NCBI GenBank assembly: GCA_017477255.1 | Contig: JAFUXB010000003.1 | Span: forward strand, 19,697-83,696 | Source of the DNA: Bacilli bacterium | GTDB taxonomy: Bacteria; Bacillota_I; Bacilli_A; RFN20; CAG-826 | Reading direction: 5' to 3' | Length of the DNA stretch: 64,000 bases | Shown here: positions 17,783-26,619 of the stretch, in pieces | Layout of the letters: the number at the start of each line of letters is the position of its first letter | How positions within the stretch are numbered: position 1 is the first letter of the stretch | Notes under the pieces: generated by a model | What the model saw: only the letters and a program-made list of their open reading frames with translations | Database searches by the model: none | Told to the model about the DNA's origin: nothing | Translations under genes and position numbers: made by a program

Positions 17783-18124
17783 ATGGCAGTTTTAAAAAGA
17801 TATTTTGGTAGCCCATTACTTGAAATTTCTAATGGAACAATTAAAGAATACTTTGGTAAAAATTTATATCAAATTCAAGGAAACGTAGTCAAAGAATATT
17901 TCGGCAAGCCTTTATTTGAAATTGATGGTGATAGAATCAAAAGATATTTCGGAAGTCCTGTATTAGAAGTTAAAAATGGTGTTGTAAAAAGATATTTCGG
18001 AAGCCCGGTTGCAGAGATTAAAGGATCTACAATTAAAGAGTATTATGGTAGTCCTTTATATGAAATTCAAGGGTTTGTTTCTCATACAGAATTAATGGCT
18101 TTAATAGCAATTTTATTTGCATAA
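17783..18124 (+). CDS. Small protein made of six tandem 16-residue repeats plus a hydrophobic C-terminal tail
   Basis: Repeats with consensus x(I/V)K(R/E)YFG(S/K)P(L/V)xEIxGx, 48-nt period. AGGAG RBS upstream. C-terminal tail LMALIAILFA. Confidence 0.8.
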   Translation: MAVLKRYFGSPLLEISNGTIKEYFGKNLYQIQGNVVKEYFGKPLFEIDGDRIKRYFGSPVLEVKNGVVKRYFGSPVAEIKGSTIKEYYGSPLYEIQGFVSHTELMALIAILFA

Positions 18125-18148
18125 CCCTGCAGAACTTAACTATTTTTT
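18123..18148 (-). repeat. Dispersed repeat copy a (complement orientation)
   Basis: AACCCTGCAGAACTTAACTATTTTTT, overlapping the TAA stop of the repeat-protein gene and ending 8 nt before the next RBS. Confidence 0.8.
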
Positions 18149-18166
18149 AAGAAATTGGAGTATTTT

Positions 18167-19057
18167 ATGGATGAATTTAGAGATTTATTAACGAATAAAA
18201 AAGAAGAAGCTAATGTCTTTTTAGTTGGTGTCCCTTTTGATGGAAATGCTAGTGTTGGTAAAGGCACATCACATGCACCTAAAGTTTTAAGAGAATTAAG
18301 TTATGCCCTTCCTGCATTAGATAGATTAGGAAATGATTTGAGTAAACTTAAACTTTATGATCTAGGTGATATTGAAGTTAAAAAAGAATTTTTAAAATTA
18401 CATGAAGATTTTAAAAATGTTTTATATAAAGAAAAAGGTTTCCATTTAATTTTTGGTGGAGATCATTCAATTGCTATTGGAAGCGAAAGAGCGTTCTTTG
18501 ATTATGCAAAATCATTAGGAAAAGAACCAGTTATTATTCATATTGATGCCCATCCAGATATTTGTGATGTTTATGAAGATTCAAAATTCTCACATGCTTG
18601 CCCAATTTTTAGATCTTTAGAATATGGTTTTAAAGATGAAAATATAACATTGGTAGGAATTAGAGGTTTTGAAGCTCAAGAAATTGAAACTTTCAAAAAG
18701 CATCCTAAACTTGATGTTTTTAAAGCAGAAGATGTTAAAAAGATGGGTGTTGAAACTTTAATTTCTTATCTAAGAACAAAATATAGAGATCCAAAATACT
18801 TAATTTATATTAGTTATGATATCGATGCTAATGACCCAGCATATGCTCCAGGAACTGGAACTCCAGAAGCATTTGGACTTACAAATGAGCAAACTAGAGA
18901 AATAATTACAAGTATTGTTAGACATTTAAATGTTGATTCACTTGATATTGTAGAAGTTGCTCCACCACTTGATATTAACAATATAACAAGCTGGTTAGCA
19001 CTTAAAACTTTATATGAAGTTTTCTATGAATTACTTCAAAAACCATGCAAATCCTAG
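18167..19057 (+). CDS. Arginase-family hydrolase (agmatinase / formimidoylglutamase-like)
   Basis: Start set at ATG 18167 (GGAG 7 nt upstream). Mn-binding motifs GGDHSI, DAHPD and SYDIDANDP. Confidence 0.75.
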   Translation: MDEFRDLLTNKKEEANVFLVGVPFDGNASVGKGTSHAPKVLRELSYALPALDRLGNDLSKLKLYDLGDIEVKKEFLKLHEDFKNVLYKEKGFHLIFGGDHSIAIGSERAFFDYAKSLGKEPVIIHIDAHPDICDVYEDSKFSHACPIFRSLEYGFKDENITLVGIRGFEAQEIETFKKHPKLDVFKAEDVKKMGVETLISYLRTKYRDPKYLIYISYDIDANDPAYAPGTGTPEAFGLTNEQTREIITSIVRHLNVDSLDIVEVAPPLDINNITSWLALKTLYEVFYELLQKPCKS

Positions 19058-19072
19058 GTATTTTTTATAAAA

Positions 19073-19732
19073 ATGGAAAATTGGAGTGATTTTTTAGCTT
19101 TAGAAAAGAAGAAGGAATTCTTTTTAGAGTTACAAAATTTCATCAAAAAAGAAAGAGAAAATTATGTCATCTTCCCTAAAGAGGAAGATGTTTTTAAAGC
19201 TTTTGAACTTACCAATTTAAAAGACATAAAAGTTGTTATTTTTGGACAAGATCCTTACCCAAATGTTGGTCAAGCGATGGGTTTAGCTTTTAGTGTTCCA
19301 AAAGATATAAAATTACCACCTTCTTTAAAGAACATTTATAAAGAAATTGAAACAGAATTTGGCAAAGAATTTATTAATAGAGATGGCGATTTAACGTATT
19401 TAGCAAAGCAAGGAGTCTTACTTTTAAACCCAATTTTAACTGTTAGAGAAAAAGAACCATTAAGTCATGATAATGAATTGTATAAGCGATTTTTCATTGA
19501 TGTAATCGAAGAAATCGAACATAACGATAACCCTATTGTTTATTTATTATTTGGTGGAAAAGCTCATAAATACGAAAAATATATTACAAATAAAAATCAT
19601 TTAGTAATTAAAACAAATCATCCTTCACCATTAAGTGCAAATAGAGGTGGTTGGTTTGGCTCCAATTGTTTTAAAGAAGCAAATAATTTCTTAATTAAAA
19701 ATCAAATAAAGCCTATTGAATGGCTTAAATAA
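19073..19732 (+). CDS. ung: Uracil-DNA glycosylase
   Basis: GQDPYP water-activating loop and HPSPLSA motif; 219 aa. Confidence 0.92.
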   Translation: MENWSDFLALEKKKEFFLELQNFIKKERENYVIFPKEEDVFKAFELTNLKDIKVVIFGQDPYPNVGQAMGLAFSVPKDIKLPPSLKNIYKEIETEFGKEFINRDGDLTYLAKQGVLLLNPILTVREKEPLSHDNELYKRFFIDVIEEIEHNDNPIVYLLFGGKAHKYEKYITNKNHLVIKTNHPSPLSANRGGWFGSNCFKEANNFLIKNQIKPIEWLK

Positions 19733-19747
19733 TGAGTTATAATATTT

Positions 19748-19836
19748 TTGGGTGCTAGAGAACTGGCTGAGATAAGTGTGATACTCACTTGACCATAACT
19801 GATCTAGGTAATGCTAGCGTAGTGGATGTTTTAAAT
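19748..19836 (+). promoter_or_regulatory. TPP (THI-box) riboswitch aptamer
   Basis: GGGTGC...CTGAGA...ACC...CTGATCTAGGTAATGCTAGCGTAG.GGA matches the conserved THI-box elements. Located upstream of a ThiT-like gene. Confidence 0.8.
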
Positions 19837-19840
19837 GTTT

Positions 19841-19868
19841 AACTGCCTAGCGTTTAGGCAGTTTTTTA
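19841..19868 (+). terminator. Riboswitch expression-platform terminator
   Basis: Stem CTGCCTA / TAGGCAG followed by TTTTTTA, immediately before the RBS GGAGGG. Confidence 0.7.
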
Positions 19869-19880
19869 TTGGAGGGAAAT

Positions 19881-20906
19881 ATGAAATTTAAAGAATTTGT
19901 TAAAAAATATGTACTTGAAATAGTTGCATGTTTTGTCTTTTTAGCCTTTATTGGATTTTCATTTATTCCATTAATTAAAGCTGAATACGATGGCGTAACT
20001 TATAATCTTTCAATTATGAGATTAATGCTTGGTGTTAAACTTACTGATGTTAGTTTAAGACCTGATGTAATGTTTATTACAATATTCATTATATTTGTAA
20101 TTTCTCCAATTTTAGTGGGGATTAGAAGTGTTTTTGTTGAAAAAGGCAAAGAAAATGTAGCTTCTAAATTATTAGTTGCAACTAATTGGCTTCTTATTGT
20201 TGCTAACATTTTAATGCTCATTTCATTTAGATATTTACCAGTTTATGATGAAGTATATGGAGCTATTGAAACTGAATTATTAGTCCTTCCAGCAATCTTA
20301 TATGTTGAAGCAAGTCTTGTTTTAATAATCTTTACTTTAAGAGTTTATTTCAGTGATAACAAGTTCAGTATTTTTGATTTAGTTGAAATGGCAATGCTTG
20401 TTGCTTTAGCAATTGGGTTAGATAAATTAGTTTTATGGAAAGCTCCAACTGGTGGAAGCATCAATTTATCATGTGTTGCTTTATGTATTTACGCTTATAG
20501 AAGGGGCGTTTTTAAAGGATTTATTGCCTCTTCAGTAATTTTTGGAATTTTATCATGTACTTTAGATGGCTATGGATTTCAAACTTATCCATTTGATTAT
20601 TTTATAGCGTTTAGTGGTTTTGCTTTATGTGGAATTAAAGTTAAATTATTTAAAGAAAAATTAAATTTCCTAAATATTGCTATATCATTTAGTATCGGTT
20701 GCATCGCAGGTTTTGCAACTAGAATGATTGGTTCAACAACATCATCAATGGTTTATTTCTTATCATATTTATCAGATCAAACTTTAAGAGGAGCATTAAT
20801 TTATAATGTTGCTTATATTGGACCAAGTGCAGGAATTGTTCTTGCTGTTTTAATTGCTTTAAGTAAACCAATCGAATTAATTGATAGGATTTATCCTGCA
20901 AAGTAA
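19881..20906 (+). CDS. ThiT-like thiamine ECF S-component fused to an extra N-terminal membrane domain
   Basis: Start set at ATG 19881. The C-terminal ~180 aa resemble ThiT (YRRGVFKGFIASSVIFGILS compared with LRRGLTAGLVGGLIWGIL). The N-terminal ~165 aa add 4-5 TM helices. Confidence 0.6.
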   Translation: MKFKEFVKKYVLEIVACFVFLAFIGFSFIPLIKAEYDGVTYNLSIMRLMLGVKLTDVSLRPDVMFITIFIIFVISPILVGIRSVFVEKGKENVASKLLVATNWLLIVANILMLISFRYLPVYDEVYGAIETELLVLPAILYVEASLVLIIFTLRVYFSDNKFSIFDLVEMAMLVALAIGLDKLVLWKAPTGGSINLSCVALCIYAYRRGVFKGFIASSVIFGILSCTLDGYGFQTYPFDYFIAFSGFALCGIKVKLFKEKLNFLNIAISFSIGCIAGFATRMIGSTTSSMVYFLSYLSDQTLRGALIYNVAYIGPSAGIVLAVLIALSKPIELIDRIYPAK

Positions 20907-20930
20907 ATAACGCTATAAAATTTCTTTTTT

Positions 20931-20951
20931 CTTGTCTATAATATAGACAAG
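20931..20951. promoter_or_regulatory. Perfect 21-bp palindrome containing TATAAT
   Basis: CTTGTCTAT-AAT-ATAGACAAG, 22 nt upstream of ATG 20973. No T-run follows on the + strand, so an operator/promoter is more likely than a terminator. Confidence 0.35.
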
Positions 20952-20972
20952 TATTGAAGGAGTATATTTTAT

Positions 20973-21977
20973 ATGGCATTAAAGAAAATCGAGGACAAAC
21001 CTGTTGTAACTGAAGAACAGGTTGAAAATAGTTCTCCATCGACTGAAGAGGTCGAAAAAGAAAAAATAGAAATTGATTTAACTGAAACTGAAAAAGAAGT
21101 TCAAGATCGTGTAAATCAAAAAAGAGCTGAATATCAAGAAAATTTCAAAAAAGCTAAAAAACTTAACAACATTACAACTGTTGCATTACTTGCCGTAATG
21201 GTTGCTGGCTTTGTTTTAATGATGATTCAAACTCTTCCAAGTTACTTTTTGTACATCGGTATTGGAATTTTAGTTATTGCATTAATTGCTTCATTTATTA
21301 TTAGTAGACAAGTAAAAAACAATGTATCAGCTAAAGCTCAAGAATACATTGATCAATTTTATTTAAATACTAATAGTTTTATTTTTGGCGAATACGTCGA
21401 AGAAATTAATTCTTTAAAAACTCAATATGCTACTCAAAAATTTGTTGATGCTCATTTTTATAACGACATAAGACAATCAAAAAGTAGAAATTATATTGAA
21501 TTAACTTATAAAGGTGAAAAAATTGAAGCTGCTGATCTTGCTGGAAATGTTTTAGAAAAAGGCAGAACATCCCCAATGTTCTTAGGAAAATTTTATTCCT
21601 ATAAAGCAAATTATAATAAAGAAGGTCAAGTAATCTTATTCCAATTAAAAGGTGAAAACTTATCAAAACCAATCAATAATATTGAAAATATTAAACTTCA
21701 AGAAAATAACGATACTTTTGTTATTTATTCTAATGATGATGATTATGGAAAAGTATTAACTAATGAAGTTTTACGTGTTTTAAAAAGTTTTGAAATAGAC
21801 GAAACTTTAATCGATGTAATCTTATCAATTAAAGATAATCAAGTCTTTTTAGGAATTGATTATAGTGACGATTATATGAATATTCCAGTCGAAAGTGATT
21901 TCAAAATGAAATATGCTATTCGCACTAAAAAAGATTTTGAAAAAGTAATTAAGATTTTTGACTTATTAAATCGCTAA
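20973..21977 (+). CDS. Hypothetical membrane-anchored protein
   Basis: 334 aa. Acidic N-terminus, two TM helices (aa ~68-110), then a ~220-aa soluble domain. GAAGGAG RBS. No recognised family. Confidence 0.7.
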   Translation: MALKKIEDKPVVTEEQVENSSPSTEEVEKEKIEIDLTETEKEVQDRVNQKRAEYQENFKKAKKLNNITTVALLAVMVAGFVLMMIQTLPSYFLYIGIGILVIALIASFIISRQVKNNVSAKAQEYIDQFYLNTNSFIFGEYVEEINSLKTQYATQKFVDAHFYNDIRQSKSRNYIELTYKGEKIEAADLAGNVLEKGRTSPMFLGKFYSYKANYNKEGQVILFQLKGENLSKPINNIENIKLQENNDTFVIYSNDDDYGKVLTNEVLRVLKSFEIDETLIDVILSIKDNQVFLGIDYSDDYMNIPVESDFKMKYAIRTKKDFEKVIKIFDLLNR

Positions 21978-21995
21978 TCTTTTAAGGAGTTTTTT

Positions 21996-22529
21996 ATGAA
22001 TAACTTAAAGGGTAAGTGGATAGAAATCCAAGGTTATAAGCATGATGGACGCATGCATAGAATCTGGGATAGTGTATATGTTTTAGATGAAACAGAAGAA
22101 TATATCGTTGTTTGTTCTACAAAAACAAAAGTTGTAGAACATGATTTTAGAATACGGTATACAAAAGAACCTGCAATAATGGTGTTTTTTAAGAATTCTT
22201 GGTGGAATGTTATTGCTATGCTTAAAAAAACAGGCATAACTTACTACGTAAATCTTGCATCACCATTTATTGTTGATAGTCAAAAAATTAAATATATTGA
22301 TTATGATCTAGATTTAAAAATGTATCCAAATGGGGACATTAAAGTAATCGATGTTAGAGAATATGGATTTCATAGAAAAAAATATGGTTATAGCGAAGAC
22401 ATTGATACAATTTTAAGATACAATTTAGTAGCTGTTAAAAAAGAAATGCAAGATAAGAATTTCCCATTTGACAAAGATAAAATTGTTGCCTATTATGAGC
22501 AATTCGTTAAGGAAGTAAAAAATGATTAA
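21996..22529 (+). CDS. DUF402/UPF0374 family protein (nucleoside tri/diphosphatase Ntdp-like)
   Basis: 177 aa. The pattern KHDGRMHRIWD ... YVNLASP ... YIDYDLDLK is characteristic of the family as I recall it. Confidence 0.65.
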   Translation: MNNLKGKWIEIQGYKHDGRMHRIWDSVYVLDETEEYIVVCSTKTKVVEHDFRIRYTKEPAIMVFFKNSWWNVIAMLKKTGITYYVNLASPFIVDSQKIKYIDYDLDLKMYPNGDIKVIDVREYGFHRKKYGYSEDIDTILRYNLVAVKKEMQDKNFPFDKDKIVAYYEQFVKEVKND

Positions 22530-22986
22530 AAATATAAAAACAAATACTAAAGAAGAAACTTTAGAACTTGGTAAAAAACTTTCTAATTTTTTATTTAAAG
22601 GTTCTGTTGTTTTATTGTGCGGTGATTTAGGGGCTGGTAAAACAACTTTAACTAAAGGTATTGGAAAAGGATTAGGAGTTGAAGAAGAAATTAATTCCCC
22701 AACTTTTAACATTTTAAAATGTTATTTTAATAAAACTTTAAATTTATATCACATTGATGCATATAGATTAGAAGATGTACCAGAAGAAAATAAAAATATA
22801 GGTTTAGAAGAAGTTATTGATGGTGATGGTTGTGCAATTATTGAATGGCCTCAATTTATAAGTGAGTTTATTGATTATAAAAAAGCATTAATAATCACAA
22901 TCACAATTGATGAAAATAATGTTAGAAATTTTAAGTTGGAAACTGAAAATTTGAAATTTGAGGGGCTTTTTGCAGGGTTATTATGA
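22522..22986 (+). CDS. tsaE: tRNA t6A37 biosynthesis ATPase TsaE
   Basis: P-loop GDLGAGKTTLTKG, SPTFNI motif. tsaE-tsaB-rimI-tsaD synteny. Confidence 0.9.
   Translation: MIKNIKTNTKEETLELGKKLSNFLFKGSVVLLCGDLGAGKTTLTKGIGKGLGVEEEINSPTFNILKCYFNKTLNLYHIDAYRLEDVPEENKNIGLEEVIDGDGCAIIEWPQFISEFIDYKKALIITITIDENNVRNFKLETENLKFEGLFAGLL
22968..22982 (+). repeat. Core-only copy of the dispersed repeat (TTTGCAGGGTTATT)
   Basis: Lies in the last codons of tsaE (LFAGLL*) and abuts the tsaB start. 14 nt identical to copy j. Confidence 0.5.
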
Positions 22987-23567
22987 TTAGTTTAATTTTA
23001 GACAGTACTAACAGAGACTTAAATGTTGGCTTAGGAATAGATGATAAATTAGTTGATTTTGTTAGTTATGAATGCTGGCAAAGACAATCTGAATCTATGA
23101 TTCCAGAAATTGAAAAGTTATTTTTAAAGCATCAAATTAATCCAAAAGATGTTAATGAAATAATCGTTACTAAAGGACCTGGAAGTTATACAGGTATGAG
23201 AATTGCTTTAACTATTGCTAAAATTTATTCTTATAGCTTAAACATTCCTTGCTATGCAATTAGTGCTTTAGCTGCTTTATCTTGCGAAGATAAAACTTCA
23301 ATTTGTTTAATGAATGCAAGAAGTGCAAGAAGTTATTTTGGCGTATATAAAAACGGAAATATTATCATTAGTGACACAATAAAAACTAACGATGAGGTCT
23401 TAGAATTCGCTTCTAAGCATCCTGAATATGTTCTTTGTGGAGATCTTGAATATTTAGATAAAGAAGGCTATAAAGCAAATGTTTTATATAACTTATTAAG
23501 ATTTAAAAGTGAAGCAAACAAAGTTGATGATATTTTCAAATTAAAGGCAGTTTATTTAAAGGATTAA
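22983..23567 (+). CDS. tsaB: tRNA t6A37 biosynthesis protein TsaB
   Basis: 194 aa. GPGSYTGMRI motif. ATGA overlap with tsaE. Confidence 0.88.
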   Translation: MISLILDSTNRDLNVGLGIDDKLVDFVSYECWQRQSESMIPEIEKLFLKHQINPKDVNEIIVTKGPGSYTGMRIALTIAKIYSYSLNIPCYAISALAALSCEDKTSICLMNARSARSYFGVYKNGNIIISDTIKTNDEVLEFASKHPEYVLCGDLEYLDKEGYKANVLYNLLRFKSEANKVDDIFKLKAVYLKD

Positions 23568-23568
23568 T

Positions 23569-24006
23569 ATGGAGTTAGTTAAAATTACAGATAAATTATT
23601 AGATGATGTTGTTTTAATTGAAAACGAATCTTTTAAAGCGCCTTTTAAAAAAGAGAACTTTGAATATGAATTAAAAGAGAATCCATTTTCAAAATTTTAT
23701 GGTGTAACTGAAGATAATAAACTTGTAGGTTACATTATATTTTGGATCACATTTAACACATCAACTCTTTGTAAAATCGCAGTTCAACAAAGTAAAAGAA
23801 ACAGGGGTTTTGCAGGGTTTTTGATGAAAAACATGGAAAAAATGTTATTAGAAAACGAAGTAGAAAGTATGACTTTAGAAGTAAGAAAATCAAACGAAAA
23901 CGCCATTAATTTATATAAGAAATTTGGCTTTAAAGAAATAACTATTAAACCAAAATATTATGATGATGGTGAAGATGCAATTTATATGGGGAAATTATAT
24001 TTATGA
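23569..24006 (+). CDS. rimI: Ribosomal-protein-alanine N-acetyltransferase (GNAT)
   Basis: 145 aa GNAT fold (QQSKRNRGFAGFLM acetyl-CoA loop). Position inside the tsa cluster. Confidence 0.8.
   Translation: MELVKITDKLLDDVVLIENESFKAPFKKENFEYELKENPFSKFYGVTEDNKLVGYIIFWITFNTSTLCKIAVQQSKRNRGFAGFLMKNMEKMLLENEVESMTLEVRKSNENAINLYKKFGFKEITIKPKYYDDGEDAIYMGKLYL
23808..23824 (+). repeat. Core-only copy of the dispersed repeat (TTTTGCAGGGTTTTTGA)
   Basis: Inside rimI, read as GFAGFL. 16/17 identical to the core of copy g. Confidence 0.6.
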
Positions 24007-25025
24007 ATAAAAAGATTATATTAGCTTTAGAATCAAGCTGTGATGAAACAGCATGTGCAATATTAATTGATGATGAGCTTGTAGCAAATGTTATTTCTTC
24101 ACAAATTGAAGTTCACCAAAAATATGGTGGTGTAATGCCAGAAATCGCTTCTAGATTACATTTAGAAAATGTGCTTGTTGTTATTGATGAAGCTTTAAAA
24201 AAAGCTAATATTTCAATGGATGATGTAACAGCAATCGCAGTAACTAGAGGTCCAGGATTAATTGGAGCCTTACATGTAGGTTTACAAGCTGCAAAAACTC
24301 TAGCATTAATTTATAACAAACCATTAATTCCAGTTCATCATTTAGCTGGACACATTTATGCAAATGAGTTTGTTAAAAAACTAGAATTTCCTTTATTAGC
24401 TGTTGTTGTTAGTGGAGGAAATACTGAATTAGTTTATATGAAAGAGCATTTATCTTTTGATGTCATAGGACAAACAAAAGACGATGCAATTGGCGAAAGC
24501 TTTGATAAAGTTGCTAGAGTACTAGGTCTTCCTTATCCTGGTGGAGTTGCAATTGATAAATTAGCTAAAGAAGGTAAACACACTTATAAACTTCCTGAAC
24601 CATTGAAAGATGGAACACTTGATTTATCTTATAGTGGTTTAAAAACTGCAGTTATTAATTTAGTTCATAAATTAGAACAAAATAACGAAGAAATAAATGT
24701 TCCAAATATGGCTAAATCTTTCCAAGATGTTGCAATTAAAGAACTTTTAGATAAAGTTGCTCTTGCTACAGAATTACATCAAGATGTAAAGCAAATAGTT
24801 TTAGCTGGTGGAGTTAGTGCAAATAGTTATTTAAGAGAACAAATTGTAAAACAATATGAAAACACCGATATTTCCGTTATTATTCCACCAATTTGGTGTA
24901 CTACAGATAATGCTGCAATGATTGCAAAAGTTGGTTCTTATTTATATGATCAAAACATATTTGCAGATTTATCACTTTCAGTTGATCCTAACTGGAAGAT
25001 AGAAGATTATAAAAACTTTAAATAA
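24003..25025 (+). CDS. tsaD: tRNA N6-adenosine threonylcarbamoyltransferase TsaD
   Basis: 340 aa. LALESSCDET start, HHLAGH metal motif, GGVSAN. Confidence 0.95.
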   Translation: MNKKIILALESSCDETACAILIDDELVANVISSQIEVHQKYGGVMPEIASRLHLENVLVVIDEALKKANISMDDVTAIAVTRGPGLIGALHVGLQAAKTLALIYNKPLIPVHHLAGHIYANEFVKKLEFPLLAVVVSGGNTELVYMKEHLSFDVIGQTKDDAIGESFDKVARVLGLPYPGGVAIDKLAKEGKHTYKLPEPLKDGTLDLSYSGLKTAVINLVHKLEQNNEEINVPNMAKSFQDVAIKELLDKVALATELHQDVKQIVLAGGVSANSYLREQIVKQYENTDISVIIPPIWCTTDNAAMIAKVGSYLYDQNIFADLSLSVDPNWKIEDYKNFK

Positions 25026-25074
25026 TTATTTTAGAAGAAAATAATTAATTATATAATATTTACGAGGTAATGAT

Positions 25075-26454
25075 ATGAGTAAAAACGTTTTAACAAATAG
25101 AAAGTTATTTCTATTAAATGATGACAAAAAACTTGAAGATGGTTCAAAAGTTGTTTTAACTGGATGGGTAAGAACAAATAGAAATAGCGGATCAATCGGA
25201 TTTATTGAATTTAATGATGGAACACATTTTAAGAATGTCCAATTAGTTTATGAAAGTTCTAATAAAAATTATGAAGAAATGGCACATATTAAATATGGTT
25301 CAGCTATTGAAGTTAATGGAACAACTAAACTTACACCAGATGGAAAACAACCATTCGAAATTACTTTGGAAGAATTTAAATTACTTGGTGATTGTACTGA
25401 TGATTATCCTCTTCAAAAGAAAAGACATAGTTTTGAATTTTTAAGAGATATAGCACATTTAAGACCAAGAACTAATACATTTAATGCAGTTTTTAGAGTA
25501 AGAAATGCTTTAGCTTATGCAATTCATAAGTATTTCCAAGAACATGGATTTATGTATATTCATACTCCATTAATTACAGGAAATGATGCTGAAGGTGCAG
25601 GTCAAACATTTAAAGTTATTACTGATTTAAAACATCCAAATGATTTCTTTAAAGCAAATGCTTCATTAACTGTTAGTGGTCAACTTCATGTTGAACCATT
25701 TGCACTTACTTTTAGAGATGTTTATACATTTGGACCTACATTTAGAGCAGAAAATTCAAATACAGTAAGACATGCAAGTGAATTCTGGATGATTGAACCA
25801 GAAATGGCTTTTGCTGATTTAAACGATAACATGGATGTTATTGAATCATTCATTAAATACATTATTAAATATGTATTAGAAAATTGTCCTGATGAAATGA
25901 AATTCTTTGATTCATTTATTGAAAAAGGATTACTTGAAAAAATTAATCATGTTTTAAATAGTGAATTTAAACGTTTACCTTATACAGAAGGAATTAAAAT
26001 CTTAGAAGAAGCTGTAAAGAATGGTCATAAATTTGAAAATAACGATATCTTCTGGGGAATGGATCTTCAAAGTGAACATGAAAGATACATTACAGAACAA
26101 GTTATTAAAGGTCCAGTTTTCTTAACTGATTATCCAAAAGATATTAAAGCTTTCTATATGAAATTAAATAGCGATGGTAAAACTGTTGCAGCTTGTGACT
26201 TACTTGTTCCAACTGTTGGAGAACTTGTTGGTGGAAGTCAAAGAGAAGAAAATTATGATATTTTAAAAGCTAAGATGGAAGAACTTGGCAACGATAAGGG
26301 ACTTGAATGGTATCTTGAACTTAGAAAGTTCGGTGGCTGTGTACATAGTGGATTTGGTCTAGGATTTGACCGTTTACTTATGTATATCACTGGTATTTCT
26401 AATATTAGAGACGTTCAACCATATCCACGTACACCTGGAAGTTTGAGATTCTAA
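25075..26454 (+). CDS. asnS: Asparaginyl-tRNA synthetase
   Basis: 459 aa class IIb. FRAENSNTVRHASEFWMIEPEMAF is the AsnRS-type motif 2 region. GFGLGFDRL motif 3. Confidence 0.9.
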   Translation: MSKNVLTNRKLFLLNDDKKLEDGSKVVLTGWVRTNRNSGSIGFIEFNDGTHFKNVQLVYESSNKNYEEMAHIKYGSAIEVNGTTKLTPDGKQPFEITLEEFKLLGDCTDDYPLQKKRHSFEFLRDIAHLRPRTNTFNAVFRVRNALAYAIHKYFQEHGFMYIHTPLITGNDAEGAGQTFKVITDLKHPNDFFKANASLTVSGQLHVEPFALTFRDVYTFGPTFRAENSNTVRHASEFWMIEPEMAFADLNDNMDVIESFIKYIIKYVLENCPDEMKFFDSFIEKGLLEKINHVLNSEFKRLPYTEGIKILEEAVKNGHKFENNDIFWGMDLQSEHERYITEQVIKGPVFLTDYPKDIKAFYMKLNSDGKTVAACDLLVPTVGELVGGSQREENYDILKAKMEELGNDKGLEWYLELRKFGGCVHSGFGLGFDRLLMYITGISNIRDVQPYPRTPGSLRF

Positions 26455-26457
26455 TAT

Positions 26458-26619
26458 ATGGCAGAAGAATTAGTAGAACAAAAAGAATTATCTAAAGAAG
26501 AACTAGAAAAAAAGAAAAGTCATTTTAGACTTTTCTGGCTTTTTGTTGGTTTAGATGTAGCTTTATTTATACTTATTGTTGTAATGGTAGTTCAAATCTT
26601 TGTTAAATCTATTGGTTAA
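26458..26619 (+). CDS. Possible 53-aa tail-anchored membrane peptide
   Basis: ATG 4 nt after the asnS stop. Sequence MAEELVEQKELSKEELEKKKSHFRLFWLFVGLDVALFILIVVMVVQIFVKSIG*. Below the ORF-track cutoff, no clear RBS, overlaps the convergent gene end by 11 nt. Confidence 0.4.
   Translation: MAEELVEQKELSKEELEKKKSHFRLFWLFVGLDVALFILIVVMVVQIFVKSIG

Noticed and set aside
20719-21039. 106-aa minus-strand ORF spanning the ThiT-like gene end and the next gene start.
   Set aside because: It overlaps two better-supported + strand CDSs and the intergenic palindrome/promoter. The Q/L-rich translation looks like off-frame noise.
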